The position numbers and the translations under genes are program-made. From positions 116,190,001-116,254,000 of the forward strand of contig NC_087437.1 of assembly GCF_036321535.1 (NCBI RefSeq): DNA of 64,000 nt, given 5' to 3'. Below are positions 11,495-24,419 of this stretch, in pieces (the stretch's first letter is position 1; each line of letters begins with the position of its first letter). Source of the DNA: Camelus dromedarius (taxonomy: Eukaryota). The notes below the pieces were generated by a model that saw only the letters and a list, made by a program, of their open reading frames with translations, did no database searches and was not told the origin of the DNA.

Positions 11495-11955
11495 GGGACA
11501 GGCTAACACCATGTGCCTCCTATCACGACGCCCTGAAAACAACAATTTCTTTGGTTTTCCGGACAAAAATACATAACTGGAATCTAATCATGAAGAAATA
11601 TAAGACAAATCCGAAGCGAGAAACAGTCTACAAAATTCCTGGCACATATGCTTCAAAACTATGAAGGTCACAAAATTCCTTTAGAAGGGAGCTGAGGGAT
11701 TGTTTCCAATGAAAACCCCAGGGAACATGACATCTAAATGCAATGCATGATCCTCGACTAGATCCTGGGCCAGAGGGAAGACAAAACACTCAGAGATGAT
11801 AGTATCTGAAAAACTGACAAAATTTGAACATGGACAGTGGGTTAGATAAGCATTATGGCAGTGTTAAATCCCAGCTTTGGTCGTTGTACTATTGTCAGGA
11901 AATAGTAAAGTGTTCGTGGGGTCAACAGGCTTTATGGCTTTAACTTGGTCAAAAA
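11495..11955 (+). mobile_element. Old L1M(C/E)-type 3' UTR fragment
   Basis: aatctaatcatgaagaaatataagacaaatcc...gacatctaaatgcaatgcatgatcctcgactagatcctgg...aaaatttgaacatggac. Confidence 0.7.
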
Positions 11956-12369
11956 TTGTCAGCGACTGACGGTTTCTCGACCGGCCTTCGTCCTGCTGGG
12001 ATAGTGCAGCAGCGGCTCATGCCAGGTCTTCGCTCACTTGCTGGGGGGATTCTCTTCTCAGTGAGAAAACACAAGATCATACTAACGCTCCAGGGTGGTC
12101 CAGATCTGCCCTGGGCCCGCTGGGGCCAGAACGCCTCCTCCAAGGGCGTATCAGGGACCACGGAGCGGTCTCACTGCCTGGACCGGGTGGGCGTCCTCCT
12201 CCAGTTAACTCCACCTTCAAAGGCCCCCTTCCTCCTTCTCCCTTGCCGTTAAAATGTCTGAAGTGGTTTTGTGCCTGAACAGCTTCTGGCTCCCGGGCTC
12301 CCCACGGGCTTCTGTGAAAAGCTCTGTCTCTGAATGCCCACAATGGCAACGACCATTTATTCTCTTATA

Positions 12370-12690
12370 AAACAACAGCAGTTTGCTCTCCTGTGGTCCT
12401 GAGGGCCAGAGCTCTAAAAGCAAGGGGTCAGCAAGCAGTCCTTGGTGCTCCTTGGCTTGTCGCTCCCACACACTGGTCTCCGCCTCCCTCCGCCTGTGGC
12501 CTTCTCTGTGTGTCTCTGTGCTGTCCCCTCTTTGAGGGTATCCATCTGGACTTAAGCCCGGTGCTAGTCTGTCATGATCTCATTTTGATCTTTAATTACA
12601 TCGGCAAAGACTGTTTCCAAATAAGGTCACATTCTTACTTGATTCTGGACTGACATGAACATTTGGGGAGACACTGTTCAACCCATTACA
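12370..12690 (-). mobile_element. MLT1(C/D/E)-like MaLR solo LTR
   Basis: taattacatcggcaaagactgtttccaaataaggtcacattc...ggggagacactgttcaacccattaca. Confidence 0.75.
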
Positions 12691-12764
12691 CTAGTATTGG
12701 TACTTCAATTCCCATGGAGTTTCTGGGTAATCTGAAAACCCCCGACTTATCCTTGTTTCTTCTT

Positions 12765-12897
12765 ATAATTTTAATTTTTTTGAGAAGAGTAATTAGGTTC
12801 ACTTATTTATTCATTTTTAGAGGAGGTAATGGGAATTGAACCCAGGACCTTGTGTATGCTATGCATGCGCTCTACCGCTTGAGCTATGCCCTCCCCC
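12765..12897 (-). mobile_element. Camelid-type tRNA-derived SINE with 10-bp TSD
   Basis: Reverse complement reads ggggagggcatagctcaagcggtagagcgcatgc...gggttcaattccc with A-rich tail. TSD gtttcttctt at 12755-12764 and 12899-12908. Confidence 0.9.
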
Positions 12898-13232
12898 AGT
12901 TTCTTCTTGATTCTAGATTTTACCTTAGCATAGGGCTCTAACCCTCTACCCACCTCTCAGGGTACCCCCAACCCACATCCCTCTTTCAACTTCCTTTTTC
13001 TTTATTCCACAGAGACAGGTTATGCCCCTCCCATACCCAGCCCTGGCTCCCAGAATCCAGGTGTATTAAACACATTCTGGGCCCCACATGTGGATTCTAA
13101 GTAGGATCCTGAAAAATGAAAAATTTGCATGGCTCTATTTGTCAAGGTATTTGTCCAGGATATGGCCATAAGGGGTACACTGGGGTGCCTACTCCCAGGT
13201 TCTCTGTTCCTCAGAGGACTATGGCTTGTCAA

Positions 13233-13370
13233 GAACCACTGAATTTGTTTCTATTCAACCTCATTCTAGTTATTTTGGCTTGAAGATAAAGAAAAGTTAC
13301 TGAACCACTGAATTTGTTTCTATTCAACCTCATTCTAGTTATTTTGGCTTGAAGATAAAGAAAAGTTACT
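13233..13370. repeat. Perfect tandem duplication, 2 x 69 bp
   Basis: gaaccactgaatttgtttc...gaaaagttact at 13233-13301 and 13302-13370, identical. Confidence 0.97.
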
Positions 13371-13914
13371 TACTTGCATATTTGATCAACTGAAAAGATC
13401 CAGACTGTAGATTGTGAGTCTTGATCCTTTAGGATGACATGTCCAGAGGAACGAAATTAATGATTTCCTTCACTTTCAAGTTGTGTAGAAGAAATTCTGG
13501 CTGCCCTTCTCACTGCACCTACACAAAGGCCAGACTTCGGAAAAAACAAGGGTGACGGTAGAAACACCTCTGGTGCTTGGTCATCAACAAACCTCGGACT
13601 TGGGCTTGGTCTCAAGAGAAGTCTGCAGCAGGAGGCGTGGATTAGGCTGCCCTTATGTACAGATGAGAAGACGATCCCACTGCTTTGATTCTGAGGCTGG
13701 CCTCGAATGTACGTAGTTTGGTCACAGGTATGACTCATTCATTTAATACTCTGTTTAAGGCTTTGAGCTTTGAAAGGGCAAAAAGGTACAATCAGAACTT
13801 AATCTTTACATGAAAGAAAACCTGTCTGTCTTGGAAATTAGCTCCTTTCTCATCTGTGTATCTTTCTCTTGGCTTCTTTTTATTCTACTTGAAAGACAAG
13901 TTTAAAAAAACAAG

Positions 13915-14130
13915 GGAGCATAGTATGTGGAAAACAGCTCAGCCTTCAAAGCAACTGTAGGTTGAATTTCACTTCTGCCACCTACACACATGACTTTGGG
14001 TTTTTCCCTTAACCTCTTTGAGTCTCAGTTTGCTCACCTGTAATGTCAACCTCACAGCCAAGTTGAAAAGATTAAAGAAATGACCTGGCATGAAACCCGA
14101 CAGAGCAGAGGTATCCAGTTGTAGGTAGCA
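13915..14130 (+). mobile_element. MIR SINE
   Basis: cttaacctctttgagtctcagtttgctcacctgtaa core. Confidence 0.65.
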
Positions 14131-14523
14131 GGCTCCTTCTCCCATCTTGGGAGACTGATTCTGGGGCAGAATTGGCCCCAGTTTACAATGGCAATGCTGA
14201 CATGACAGTAACCTTCATGGCCAGCACTCAGATCTGGTTGTGCTGGGATGGGGCAGGTGCGTGTGCAATGGTACGAATCACTGTCTGGAGAGAGGAGTGG
14301 TCTGTCCTCTAAGGTGTCAAGTTCATCCCTGTTTTCCCTCCTAGAAACTCACCTCCTTTTTTGTGCTTGGATTCACTCCCTCCAAATGGGAGAAAAGAAT
14401 CATCTCTCTCATCATACCACTGTAAAGAATTGTTAAAAAACAATCATCTTAAACAAATTTTGAGAGAGAAAATATTAAGCAAGAACTACCAAAACATTAC
14501 AAAAATCAATAAGGAAGCCTGTT

Positions 14524-15144
14524 CTATATCCAAAGGGAACTCTAATTCGAGAAGATATGTGCACCCCAACGTTCACAGCAGCACTATTTACAATAGCCAA
14601 GGCTTGGAAGCAACTTAAATGTCCATTGACAGATGACTGGACAAAGAAGTTGTGGTATATTTATACAATGGAATACTACTCAGCCATAAAAATGAATAAA
14701 ATAATGCCATTTGCAGCAACATGGGTGGACCTAGAGAATGTCATTCTAAGTGAATTATGCCAGAAATAAAGAAAAATAGCATATTGTATCACTAATGTGA
14801 AATCTTAAAAAATGATATAAATGAACTTATTTACAAAACAGAAACAGACTCACAGACATAGGAAATAAACTTATGGTTACCAGGAAGGGAAGGAGATGGG
14901 AAGGGATAAACTGGGAGTTCGAGATTTGCAAATATTAACTACTATGTATAAAATAGATAAACAATAAGTTTCTATTGTATAGCCAGGGAACTATATTCAA
15001 TATCTTATAATAACCTATAATGAAAAAGAATATGAAAAAGAAGATATGTATGTATATGGATGACTGAAACATTATGCTGTACACCAGAAACTGACACAAC
15101 ATTGTAAACTGATTAGACTTCAATTTAAAAAAAAAAGGAACAAA
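14524..15144 (+). mobile_element. 5'-truncated young L1 (ORF2 C-terminus + 3' UTR + polyA) with 16-bp TSD
   Basis: ORF 14557-14769 (CTPTFTAALFTIAKAWKQLKCP...WYIYTMEYYSAIK) is the L1 ORF2 end. TSD aataaggaagcctgtt at 14508-14523 and 15145-15160. Confidence 0.95.
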
Positions 15145-16655
15145 AATAAGGAAGCCTGTTTTCAGTTAGCAAGATCCCTAACTAGAAGGGGTTAAACAGT
15201 TCTTACGCAAGGGCACATTATATAATCTCATCACAAGCTGAAAGCCAGCATCTCAGCATCTGGTCCTGCACCAACATCCAAAATACCTTTTCCCTTAATC
15301 CCCACCACCTACAAATAAACACTTTTAATGAAAGTCTCAAGAGGAGGTGAAAAGGGGTTTGTTTTTCCAGTTGATGTTAATCACCTTTCCTAGAGTCGGG
15401 AACTGTCCTTGGTAGTGCCTTCCTTATAACACATGATTCAAATATGACCACTTGCTTCTAGCAAGTTCCCTGGGTGCCAAGAATCAGGACCTGGTACCTG
15501 GCATGGCACACAGGCACCAGAGTGTGTGGGGTTTCATTTACTAACAACTCTTTCCTCCTCGAGTGAACTCACATTTTAAACCTTGCCAAGACAGATATAC
15601 CCTTGAACTCTGCAGTCCTGCCCCACAATGTAGAAAGCTTAAAAGGGATCAAAGTGTTTTGTTACTTCGAAAACATTAGAGTAAATATTTCTGAGACTGC
15701 TCAAAAAGCTCCTTGGAATTAACATCGATTACTCACTATATGATGAAAGAGACATGTGTATGTGAATGTTCTTTTAGCTAGAAGAGTGTTTACTGGAAAT
15801 AACGCAAACAGAATTTGAGAGCCAGGTCATAAGCAGGAACATAAAAACAGATCTGAAGCTGGGAAATGGTGTTCCCCTGGCAATTGGAGTGTTGAATCCT
15901 GAAAAGTTCTGTTTATGGTTTGACCAAGAGCTTATAATATCATCTAGAAAATAGATTTACAAATATAATTAAAGTAAATAGGAAACTGCATGGAAAATTT
16001 GGAAGTGAATTGTGTATTTTTTTCTGATTATGTAAGTAATACACACGTTCTTTTTGGAAAATGTGAACAATAAAAATATGGCATACAGAGGAATATAAAA
16101 ATCCCCCAATTCTGTCATTAAAGATAGCTGTTTTCTGATACATACATATTATTTTCTTATCCCATAAGACTGTATTTATGCTGTATTTGTATTTGTCCTG
16201 TACTTTCCCACTTAATATAATTGTATTTTTATATTGTAGTATCTGAGTAGCTGGCTCCCAATGCAAACATAATATTTCTTTGAAATTTATTTCTAAAACA
16301 CATCAATTTTCCAGTCTACTCTAAAACATATCCACATATGTTTTTAATATAAAATGTATTATATAAATATAAAAAATTTATTAAAGGTAAATAAATATAT
16401 AACATAAAATACAATTTTATATAATAAATATATGAAGAATACAAAAATAAAGTAAGTAAAATAACATAGCTCCATGTAAGTGAAAGGTGCTATTTTCCTG
16501 TACTCCTTGAAATTTTACTTGTATGCCATTTAAACATTTCTCTTTACCACATCCCTAAGAACTTTTGCCCAATTTTAGACAGCATCTTTAAAATACACTA
16601 TGTTACTGGACAGGTTCCAGTGATAAGTTTTCACATACACAACTTCCCCACCGCC

Positions 16656-16687
<32 letters not shown>

Positions 16688-16690
16688 ACA
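16656..16690. repeat. (CA)n microsatellite
   Basis: Direct reading. Confidence 0.9.
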
Positions 16691-17466
16691 GTCTATTAAG
16701 GAAATCCTGGACCATAATTTCAAAGCTTGGTGGAAGTGGATTTCCTCAAGAAAAAAGAATCTCCAATCCAACTCTAAAACTGGTCTGAGGTGTTCCTTCA
16801 CTAGACCAAAATCTATCAATTTACAGAAAAAAAAATCTATGGGTCATTGATAAATCATAAAGTTTTTCACTTTAAAATCTTCTCCAGTAAATTTCACGTG
16901 CAGCTTAGGCATCTGCTCTGCCACTTTCTGGCCTTTGAGAAAATGAGTCACCACGTGGCCAAAGATGAACCATAGAATCATTCAGAAATAGGGACTCATG
17001 CTTGACACAGCCGTTTGCTTTCCACACACTCTCCTGGTTGTCCCTTCCATCGCATGTGGTAAAGTCGCTTTTTCTCCAGGCAGAAGTGTGGTGTTTCTAA
17101 ATGGAATTAGACATATCAATACACCATGGCTCACTATACTGGGTGTCCTGGCTCCCCACTGTGCCATCTGATCTAGACTGACAGTCACCATTGCAGGGAA
17201 CCACCCTGTATACCTAGGTATCAGAAAGACACAAGGACTGAAAGATAGAGATATGACTCTCCAATCCAGTAACTTACCATTTACTGGAGGAATGAACCTA
17301 GCCAAGGAGCTTTTTGTGGAGATGTCTCCACCATCTAGCTCACCAAAGCCTAACATTCCACAGTCAGATCTTCGTTTTTTTTGGCACTAGCTACAGATAT
17401 TGTATTGCTTCCAAATGTTCAGATATCACTGAAATACAGCCACATACTTGAATCAGTCATTTGCAA

Positions 17467-17659
17467 CAGTATTTCTCAAAGAAGGTTGATCAAGTTGCCT
17501 GTATCCTAGGGTGAGGAAGGGGGAAAAGGGAGGATGATTAATTAGAGATTTCTAAGTCCCACCCCCAGAGATTCTGAAGCTTTGTGGAGGGTTCTGGGGA
17601 TCTGAATTTTAACAAACCTCCAGGAAAATCCTATGAACATTAGAATCTGAGAACCAATG
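17467..17659. mobile_element. MER5-like hAT MITE
   Basis: Terminal inverted ends cagtatttctcaaa ... tctgagaaccaatg with internal cccacccccagagattctga and gaattttaacaaacctcc. Confidence 0.7.
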
Positions 17660-18113
17660 ATTTATATCCTGAAATGAATGCAATTATGAATCCTTTCTTG
17701 ATTGCAGAGGAGATACTTGATTATCTCCAGGGGGTAATTCAGTGACCATCACTAAAGTTTGCAAAGGGGAGTCTGGACAGGGCACTGACCCAGCCTTGTT
17801 TTTCCTGGAGTAGTCATTTATTAACTGCTCTCTCCAGGAGGGTATAGTAACTGAAGACTTTGTATAAATACACTGTGAAAAGAGAAAAACAAATATCTGG
17901 ACCTTTGTCCTCCTTCTGTTCACCTAGGAAGGAGTTTGCATGGCACAGATCAAACCCTTCCATCCACCCCAAAGTTTTGCCTTCATTCAGTCACAAGTCC
18001 CAGCAGAGAGGTCTAGGTACCAGCTGTTTTCAAGTAGACTCGGAGGGCATTGCAACTGATCTCACCTACCCTGTCTTGTCAAAACCCTACAGTGGCGGAA
18101 GCCACCTGACTCC

Positions 18114-18465
18114 TATATTGGTTTCCTGGGGCCGCCATAACAAGCTACCACGAAGTGGCTGACTTAAACACCAGGAACGTATTGTCTCAACAGTTCTGGA
18201 TGTTAGAAGTTAGAACTAACAGGGTTAGTTCCTCCTAGTCAGCCATCTTCTCCCTGTCTTCACATCATCTTCTCTCCATGCCTATCTGTCTCTGGGTCCA
18301 GATTTCCCCTTTTTAGAAGGACACCTGTCATATTGGATTAGGGTCCACCCTAATGACCCCACTTTAAATTGATTACCTCCATAAAGACCCTATCTCCTAA
18401 TAAGGTCACATTCAAAGGTCCTAAGGACTTCAACATCTTTTGGGGGGCACAATTCAGCTCTGAAC
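18114..18465 (-). mobile_element. MLT1B/C-like MaLR solo LTR
   Basis: tatattggtttcctggggccgccataacaag...cattggattagggtccaccctaatgacc...aataaggtcacattc...ggggcacaattcagc. Confidence 0.85.
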
Positions 18466-19696
18466 ACCTCCTCTTCCCCCAGCTGATCTGTGCCCTTGGA
18501 GGCTGGGGACAGCAGGCCTGGTTCTGCATCTTTGAGAAGCCTAACAGACACCTCCCATCACCGCCCACAGCCCCATGAAGGGTCCAGGCCCATCCTCAGT
18601 AATATGTGGGGATCCAGTAAGGGCAGCTAATCACAGCAGGATCACAAAAAATTAAAGCTCAACCTGGATGTTTGCACCAAGCTGGGGAACTGACAGGCAT
18701 GCCCCAGATGGTCTTTCAGAGCCAAATTTCGCCAGATTTCTCCTTCTTGGCGTGGCTTTAATTAAATACCTCTTAAACAGTTGCACAATTGTGTCTAAAC
18801 TTAAAAATAAATTATACCCATGTTTCTGGAGGCATATTTCAACCTTGCCTCTAGGTCTTGCCCAGGAGAAGGTTAAAATTCAAACACTGAATGATCGAAG
18901 ACTCACTTTTCCCATAGAATTGTCTTCAGTTCAGAGAACGTTAACAGTGAGAACAGCAAGCCTCCTCAGGACGCTAGGATTTTACATTTTTAAAACTTTT
19001 TTATACCAAAAAATAAAAGAACTATCAACTTGTCACCTAGAGGAAGTCAAAAGGAATATGGTTATTAATCCTCAACAGGAAGTGAGATTTCCCATTTATC
19101 TTAAGTTACCTTATCTATTTCCCACGACCTTCACGCTTTATGTCTGCAAACACGGAACATTCTTCATTCAAAGTCTTTCCAGTGGGACCAGCTGATTAAG
19201 CCATCAGCTCCTTCAACATCACATCTGTACAGGCGCCATGATGGACGTCCTCTGGCCTTGTCAGGGCCACCTCTCGACCTCCTGATTGCGGGGTGAAGGG
19301 CGGGGGGGGGGGGGGGGCTCTCACTGCGCCAGGGCGTTGTTGGAACAATCTGGCAGCAAGACATTAAGCAACAAAGATCAGGCTTAGGAATCTACTGTGT
19401 GACTGTGTGCTTACTGTTGTCCAAATATTAGGAAACAATACCCAGAATTAGCAGCATTAGGTATGTGCTCAAGGGCACAGACTGAAACGTGATGCTCTTC
19501 ACTTGAGAGCTTTCTCCACTGGAAACCCTCTTAGGTTTGCTGGAAAGGCTCATTCCCAGGAAGTCACGCCCATTTAGTCTGCCTGCCAAGTAGTGCCAGG
19601 CTTCTTATTCAGGCTCTGTGTGTGTGTGTGTGTTGTGTGCATGTGTACGTGTGCATGCACGTTGCTGGAAGAAAGCAGCCCTGCGTAGAACCTAAT

Positions 19697-19995
19697 TTTT
19701 TAAAAAATTTTATTGAAGTGTAGTTGACTTACAATGTTAGTTTCAGGTGCACGGCAAAGTGACTCAGCTATACATGTACATACATACGTATTTTTTCTTT
19801 TCAGATTCTTTTCCATTGTATGTTATTACAAGACACTGAATATAGTTCCCAGTGCTATACAGTAGGCCCTTGTTGTTTATTTATTGTACATATAGTAATG
19901 TGTGCCTGTTAATCTCAAGCTCCTAATTTAGCCCTCCCCAGCCTTCCCCCTTTGGTAACCATAGTTTGTTTTCTATGTCTGTGAGTCTGTTTTGG
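19697..19995 (-). mobile_element. L1 3' end
   Basis: tttttattgaagtgtagttgacttacaatg...gaatatagttcccagtgctatacagtagg...ggtaaccatagtttgttttctatgtctgtgagtctg. Flanked by gtagaac direct repeats. Confidence 0.9.
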
Positions 19996-21517
19996 GTAGA
20001 ACAAAATTTTATCTGGAAACAATGTTTAGTTGTTGTTCTTCTAGACCATACAAGTCTTGGAAACAATCAAAACCTTGGGGATAATTAGAAAATAGCTAAC
20101 CTTGAAGTAACTTCTGTCTCAGCTGGGGGCTAGGGACCTGAGCTGAGCAGGTAGCCCCAGAGGACTGGAGTGTGAAGAATGTGTGTGCTGGCACTGCCCT
20201 CTGACAAGATCAGAGTCAAAACAGTGTGGCAAAATATGTTCTCCAAATCCAGATGAGAAGTTTGGGGTTAGGAATGAGGGATGTGCACTGAAGAGCATCA
20301 GAAGCCCATGCTGTTGGAGCATACAGCTGGAGTGATGGCAGAGGGAGAGGACCTGGCAGTCACCATGATTTGACCTCATGCCTGGTCAGTTCAAGTTTTG
20401 CCTTTATCTTGCAGGACAATGTCCAGCCCTTGGCCACCTTCAGTTATGAATGGAAGACATTTCTGCAGGATGAAGGGTCTGCTGGATCTTGGAAAGCACT
20501 TAACTCTGTGTTCAGATGCTCTGAGATCGGTCCCAGCTCAGTGGTCTGTGGAATCTTGAGACAATCATATGACATTGATGAGTTTCCTTTTCCTAATCTG
20601 AAACCCTGGGATTTAAAATCTTCCCTGCAGGAGGTAAAAAGTTTACACATGTGAAAGTGCCCTGTACATATTAAGCACATAATTCATTTTCCCTTAAGTG
20701 AGTTTAGCTTTTACCTAGTAAGCTTTCAGGTGACCTAGAAAGATGGACGTTTAAAAAGCTAGAGGGTGGGCATTGTATGTGTCTTGAACATTTCTTGACT
20801 GACAATTTTACATTTCATACTTATATATAGACAATTTTCTCTTTTTACTGAAAATTAATACTTGTTTGTTTATAAAAATATTGCAGAAAAACTGGGAAAA
20901 TACAAAGACTTCTAAAGAAACATCACCCAAATCACCTTGTGAAAATGACCATTTATGTTGAGATGAGTCTCCTTTCAATGTATAGTTAATACTTAATTAA
21001 GTTATTTATTTAATAATTTCCTACAGGGAAATCCCTGGAGACGTCATTGGTTTCAGGAGTGGCATTAAGTTCGGGGACTGTAGACCCACATTTTCTTTGG
21101 AAGTATTGTGTCAATTCATAGCCTTGCTATCACTGAGGGAGAGTTCAGCTTTTATCATCTTTTCCTTAACATTAAGGCTCTTATTTAAATTTTTGCTAAT
21201 CTGATAAGTGAAAAATGTAACATAGTTTTTCTTATTTACATTACTTTGGATTTTGGAAAAGTTGAGTATTTGCATATTTTGGTAATTGGCACTTCTTTTT
21301 CTGAATTATTTATTTACAGGTTCTTCTTATTTTTCTACTAAGTTTTAGTGCTGTGTTACAGAAGCTTTTGATGATATTACTATGTTATATATAAATATTT
21401 TCTTGGCTTTATTTTTTTTTTGATTTATTTATATTAGTTATCCATGTTTCATAACAAATTATCCTAAAACATAGTGACTTAAAGCAATGAAAATTTATTA
21501 TTTCACAGGGTCTGACT

Positions 21518-22410
21518 TGCCATAATAGTCACCCTTTTAAAGCATAAACTTCAGTGGTTTTTAGCATATTGACAGAGTTGTGCAGCCATCACCACTATTT
21601 AGTTTCAGAACATTTTCATCACTCTCCCCAAAACTCTGTATCCATTAGCACTCACTCCCTATTCCTCCGGCCTTCATCCCCTAGAAAACACTAATCTCCT
21701 TTCTGTTTCTATGTACGTGCCTATTCTGGACATTTCATACAAATGGAATCATGCAACATTGAGCATTTCGTGACTGGCTTCTTTCATTTAGCATGGAGTT
21801 TTCGGAGTTCATCCATATTTTAGCCCGTATCAGGACTCCATTCATTTTTAAGGCTGAATAATATTCCATGGCATGAAGAGACCACATTTTATTTATCCGT
21901 TCATCAGCTGATAGACATTTAGGTTGTTTCTACTTTTTGGCTAGCAAGAATAATTCTACTGTGAGCATTCACGTATGAGGTTTTGTGTGAATATATATTT
22001 TCATTTCTCTTGAGCATCTACCCAGAATTGGAAATGGTGGATTGTGTGGTAACTCCATGTTTAACGTTTGAGAAAGTGCAAAGCTGCTTTCCAAAAGAGC
22101 TTCATCGCTTTACAGTCACACTGGCAATGTACAAGGGCTGCAGTTTCTCCAGATCCTCACCAACACTCATTATGGCCTGGCCTGGATGACAGGCCTCCTA
22201 AAGGGAGTGAAGCAGCATCTCACCGTGTTATCCATTTGATTTCCCTGGTAACTAGTGAAGCTGTGTGTGTTTTCATGTGCTGATTGGCCATTTGTGTGTC
22301 TTCTGGGGAGAAATATCTATCCAAATTCATTCTCAGTTTTTCAATTGTTTATTTATCTTTCCAGTGTTGAGTTGGAAGAGTTCTTTGTAGAGTCTGGATG
22401 CAAGTCAATC
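21518..22410 (-). mobile_element. L1M(A/B)-type 3' region
   Basis: gagttgtgcagccatcaccactattt...cctattctggacatttcatacaaatggaatcat...ggctgaataatattccat...tggccatttgtgtgtcttctggggagaaatatcta. Confidence 0.85.
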
Positions 22411-22419
22411 TTTTCAAAA

Positions 22420-22890
22420 TTTAATGAAACAATTGAAATGATAATGAGATGTTTCCTTATACCCATAAGATGGACAAAATTTAAAACATGTAAGAAGCAC
22501 GTGGGAAAGTAGTCCTAACTCCTTCTGCTGCGTATGTCAATTGTCTCAGGTGCATTGGAGAGCAACCTGACAATGCCTGGTTAAGTTGCAGGTCAGTGGA
22601 CCACAGGGCCTGGCCATTCTCCTTCTTGGTAAATGCAATATAGACACTTTCTGTAAATCCACGGGGACCAACTCCATTGTGTTCGTTGCAGCATTGTTTG
22701 CAATCACCCTAAACTGGAAACAATCTAGAGACCTATCAACAGTAGAATGCATTAAAAAATTGCGGTCACACCACGCAATGGAATACTACACAGAAGTGAA
22801 ATGAATGAACTCAGTCTGCACGTACCAACATGGATAAAATTTTAAATACGTAATATTGAGTGAAAAAAGCAAGTTGCAGAATTATACTTT
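22420..22890 (+). mobile_element. Old L1M fragment (ORF2 end)
   Basis: ORF 22586-22804 contains FVAALFAITLNWKQ...MEYYTEVK, similar to the L1 ORF2 C-terminus. Confidence 0.75.
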
Positions 22891-23059
22891 AGCAGAGACT
22901 GGCCATATGCACACTAAACCCACTTCCCTTTCTTGGTAGACTGCATTTCCCAGGCTTTTTTGTAGTTAAGTAAGGCTGTATTTCTGAGCCCTGGCCCAGG
23001 AGATGTGTGTAGAAGTGATGCAGGCAGCTCCAGGCCTGGCCCCTAGAAGCCGACCTCTA

Positions 23060-23310
23060 GTTTAACTTCTCTAGCCCTCAGTTTCTTCACCTGTAAAATG
23101 GGGATAATAATAATAATGGTACCCATTCAAAGTGGGTGTTTAGAGGGTGTGTTAATGAGTTTGTAACTGCATAGCATAGCACCTTGTATATGATATTCCT
23201 ATAAATACAGCAACAATGTCCATGATTTCACCTACAACAATTCCCTAGGAGAAGTGTCACCATTATCTTGCTTTTACAGACGAGGATAGTCACTTGCGGA
23301 GTAATTTATT
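23060..23310. mobile_element. Two MIR fragments in opposite orientation
   Basis: ctcagtttcttcacctgtaaaatggggataata (+) and cattatcttgcttttacagacgagga (-). Confidence 0.65.
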
Positions 23311-23552
23311 AGCTCGTAAGAAACAGAACGAGTCTAAAGAACACAAATCATTCTTTCAACCAACACAGGTCGCCTCTTTCAACTGAACTGTGGGTCTCAA
23401 GGATTCCACATGAGCAGAATTTGAGTTGAAGATTTTGTGCGTATCTTTCACTTACTAATTTACAATACGTGGCACTGTAAATACTTGTCTTACCATACTA
23501 GGCAGTGTGAGTTTATTTTCTAATAAAACTATTGATAATATTGCAAAGGGAA

Positions 23553-23718
23553 TGTGTCTAGCACAGGGAACCATATTCAATATCTTGTAGTAACCTATAA
23601 TGGAAAAGCATATGAAAAGGAATATATATATATAAATGTGTAACTGAATCACTATGCTATACACCAGAAACTAATGCAACATTGTAAATCAACTATATGT
23701 CAATTAAAAAAAAAAAAA
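23553..23718 (+). mobile_element. L1 3' tail with polyA
   Basis: agcacagggaaccatattcaatatcttgtagtaacctataatg...cattgtaaatcaactatatgtcaatt(A)n. Confidence 0.9.
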
Positions 23719-24419
23719 GAATAGTAGCCAGAAAGAAAAATTGACTGTAAAACGCCTTGAATTGGCTTGAAGAACAAGATACCATTTAGCTTTTGTGGTT
23801 GCTTCAACTGTGAAAGAAAAATCCTAAAAGAAGGGAAATTCTTTGACATGCAGCTTGGAGCACACATCAATTTGTTGTCAGAGAAGAGAGCGGAGTCTAA
23901 ATTCTAGATGTGCCCCCCACGAGGGGTCACTGAACACATCAAAGTTCTTTCCAAACCCTCAGTGTGTTGAGATAAACATTTTTTTCTCATTAATTTTTAA
24001 ACTCAGGGGTATTTCAAAGAAAATAAAACGCAATTTCTAATTCATTTGTGTGCATCTTATAAAAATGTTATTTTATATAAAAACCTCTTGGTTTTTAGAA
24101 GTATGCTGAGCATACTCAATCAAAATAGGAGACTTCAGGGCATAACGCAGTCATTTCCAACAAACGGCTCAAAAATTGAGGCCCCAGTCTAGTATAAAGA
24201 AATTTCCAAGAGTCAAGGGAAAACTGTAAATCATAAGAAAAATGTAACAAGTTTTTCATAAAGAGATGTTTATTCAATTTACATGACTATCTTTTATTCT
24301 GATATAATGTCTCTCCCTTGGTTTCTTGATAAATTTTTTGGGTGTTAAAAATATTCTTTTAACTCAGGTGACATTGATTATCCTTTCTTCAATTATCACT
24401 GTATTCTGTGGGGCTTTTA

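Noticed and set aside
14557..14769. ORFs with MEYYSAIK motif (also 49043-49327)
   Set aside because: Terminal fragments of L1 ORF2 in truncated insertions, not host genes.
16320..16470. Extremely AT-rich stretch
   Set aside because: Low-complexity decayed AT repeat with no further structure.
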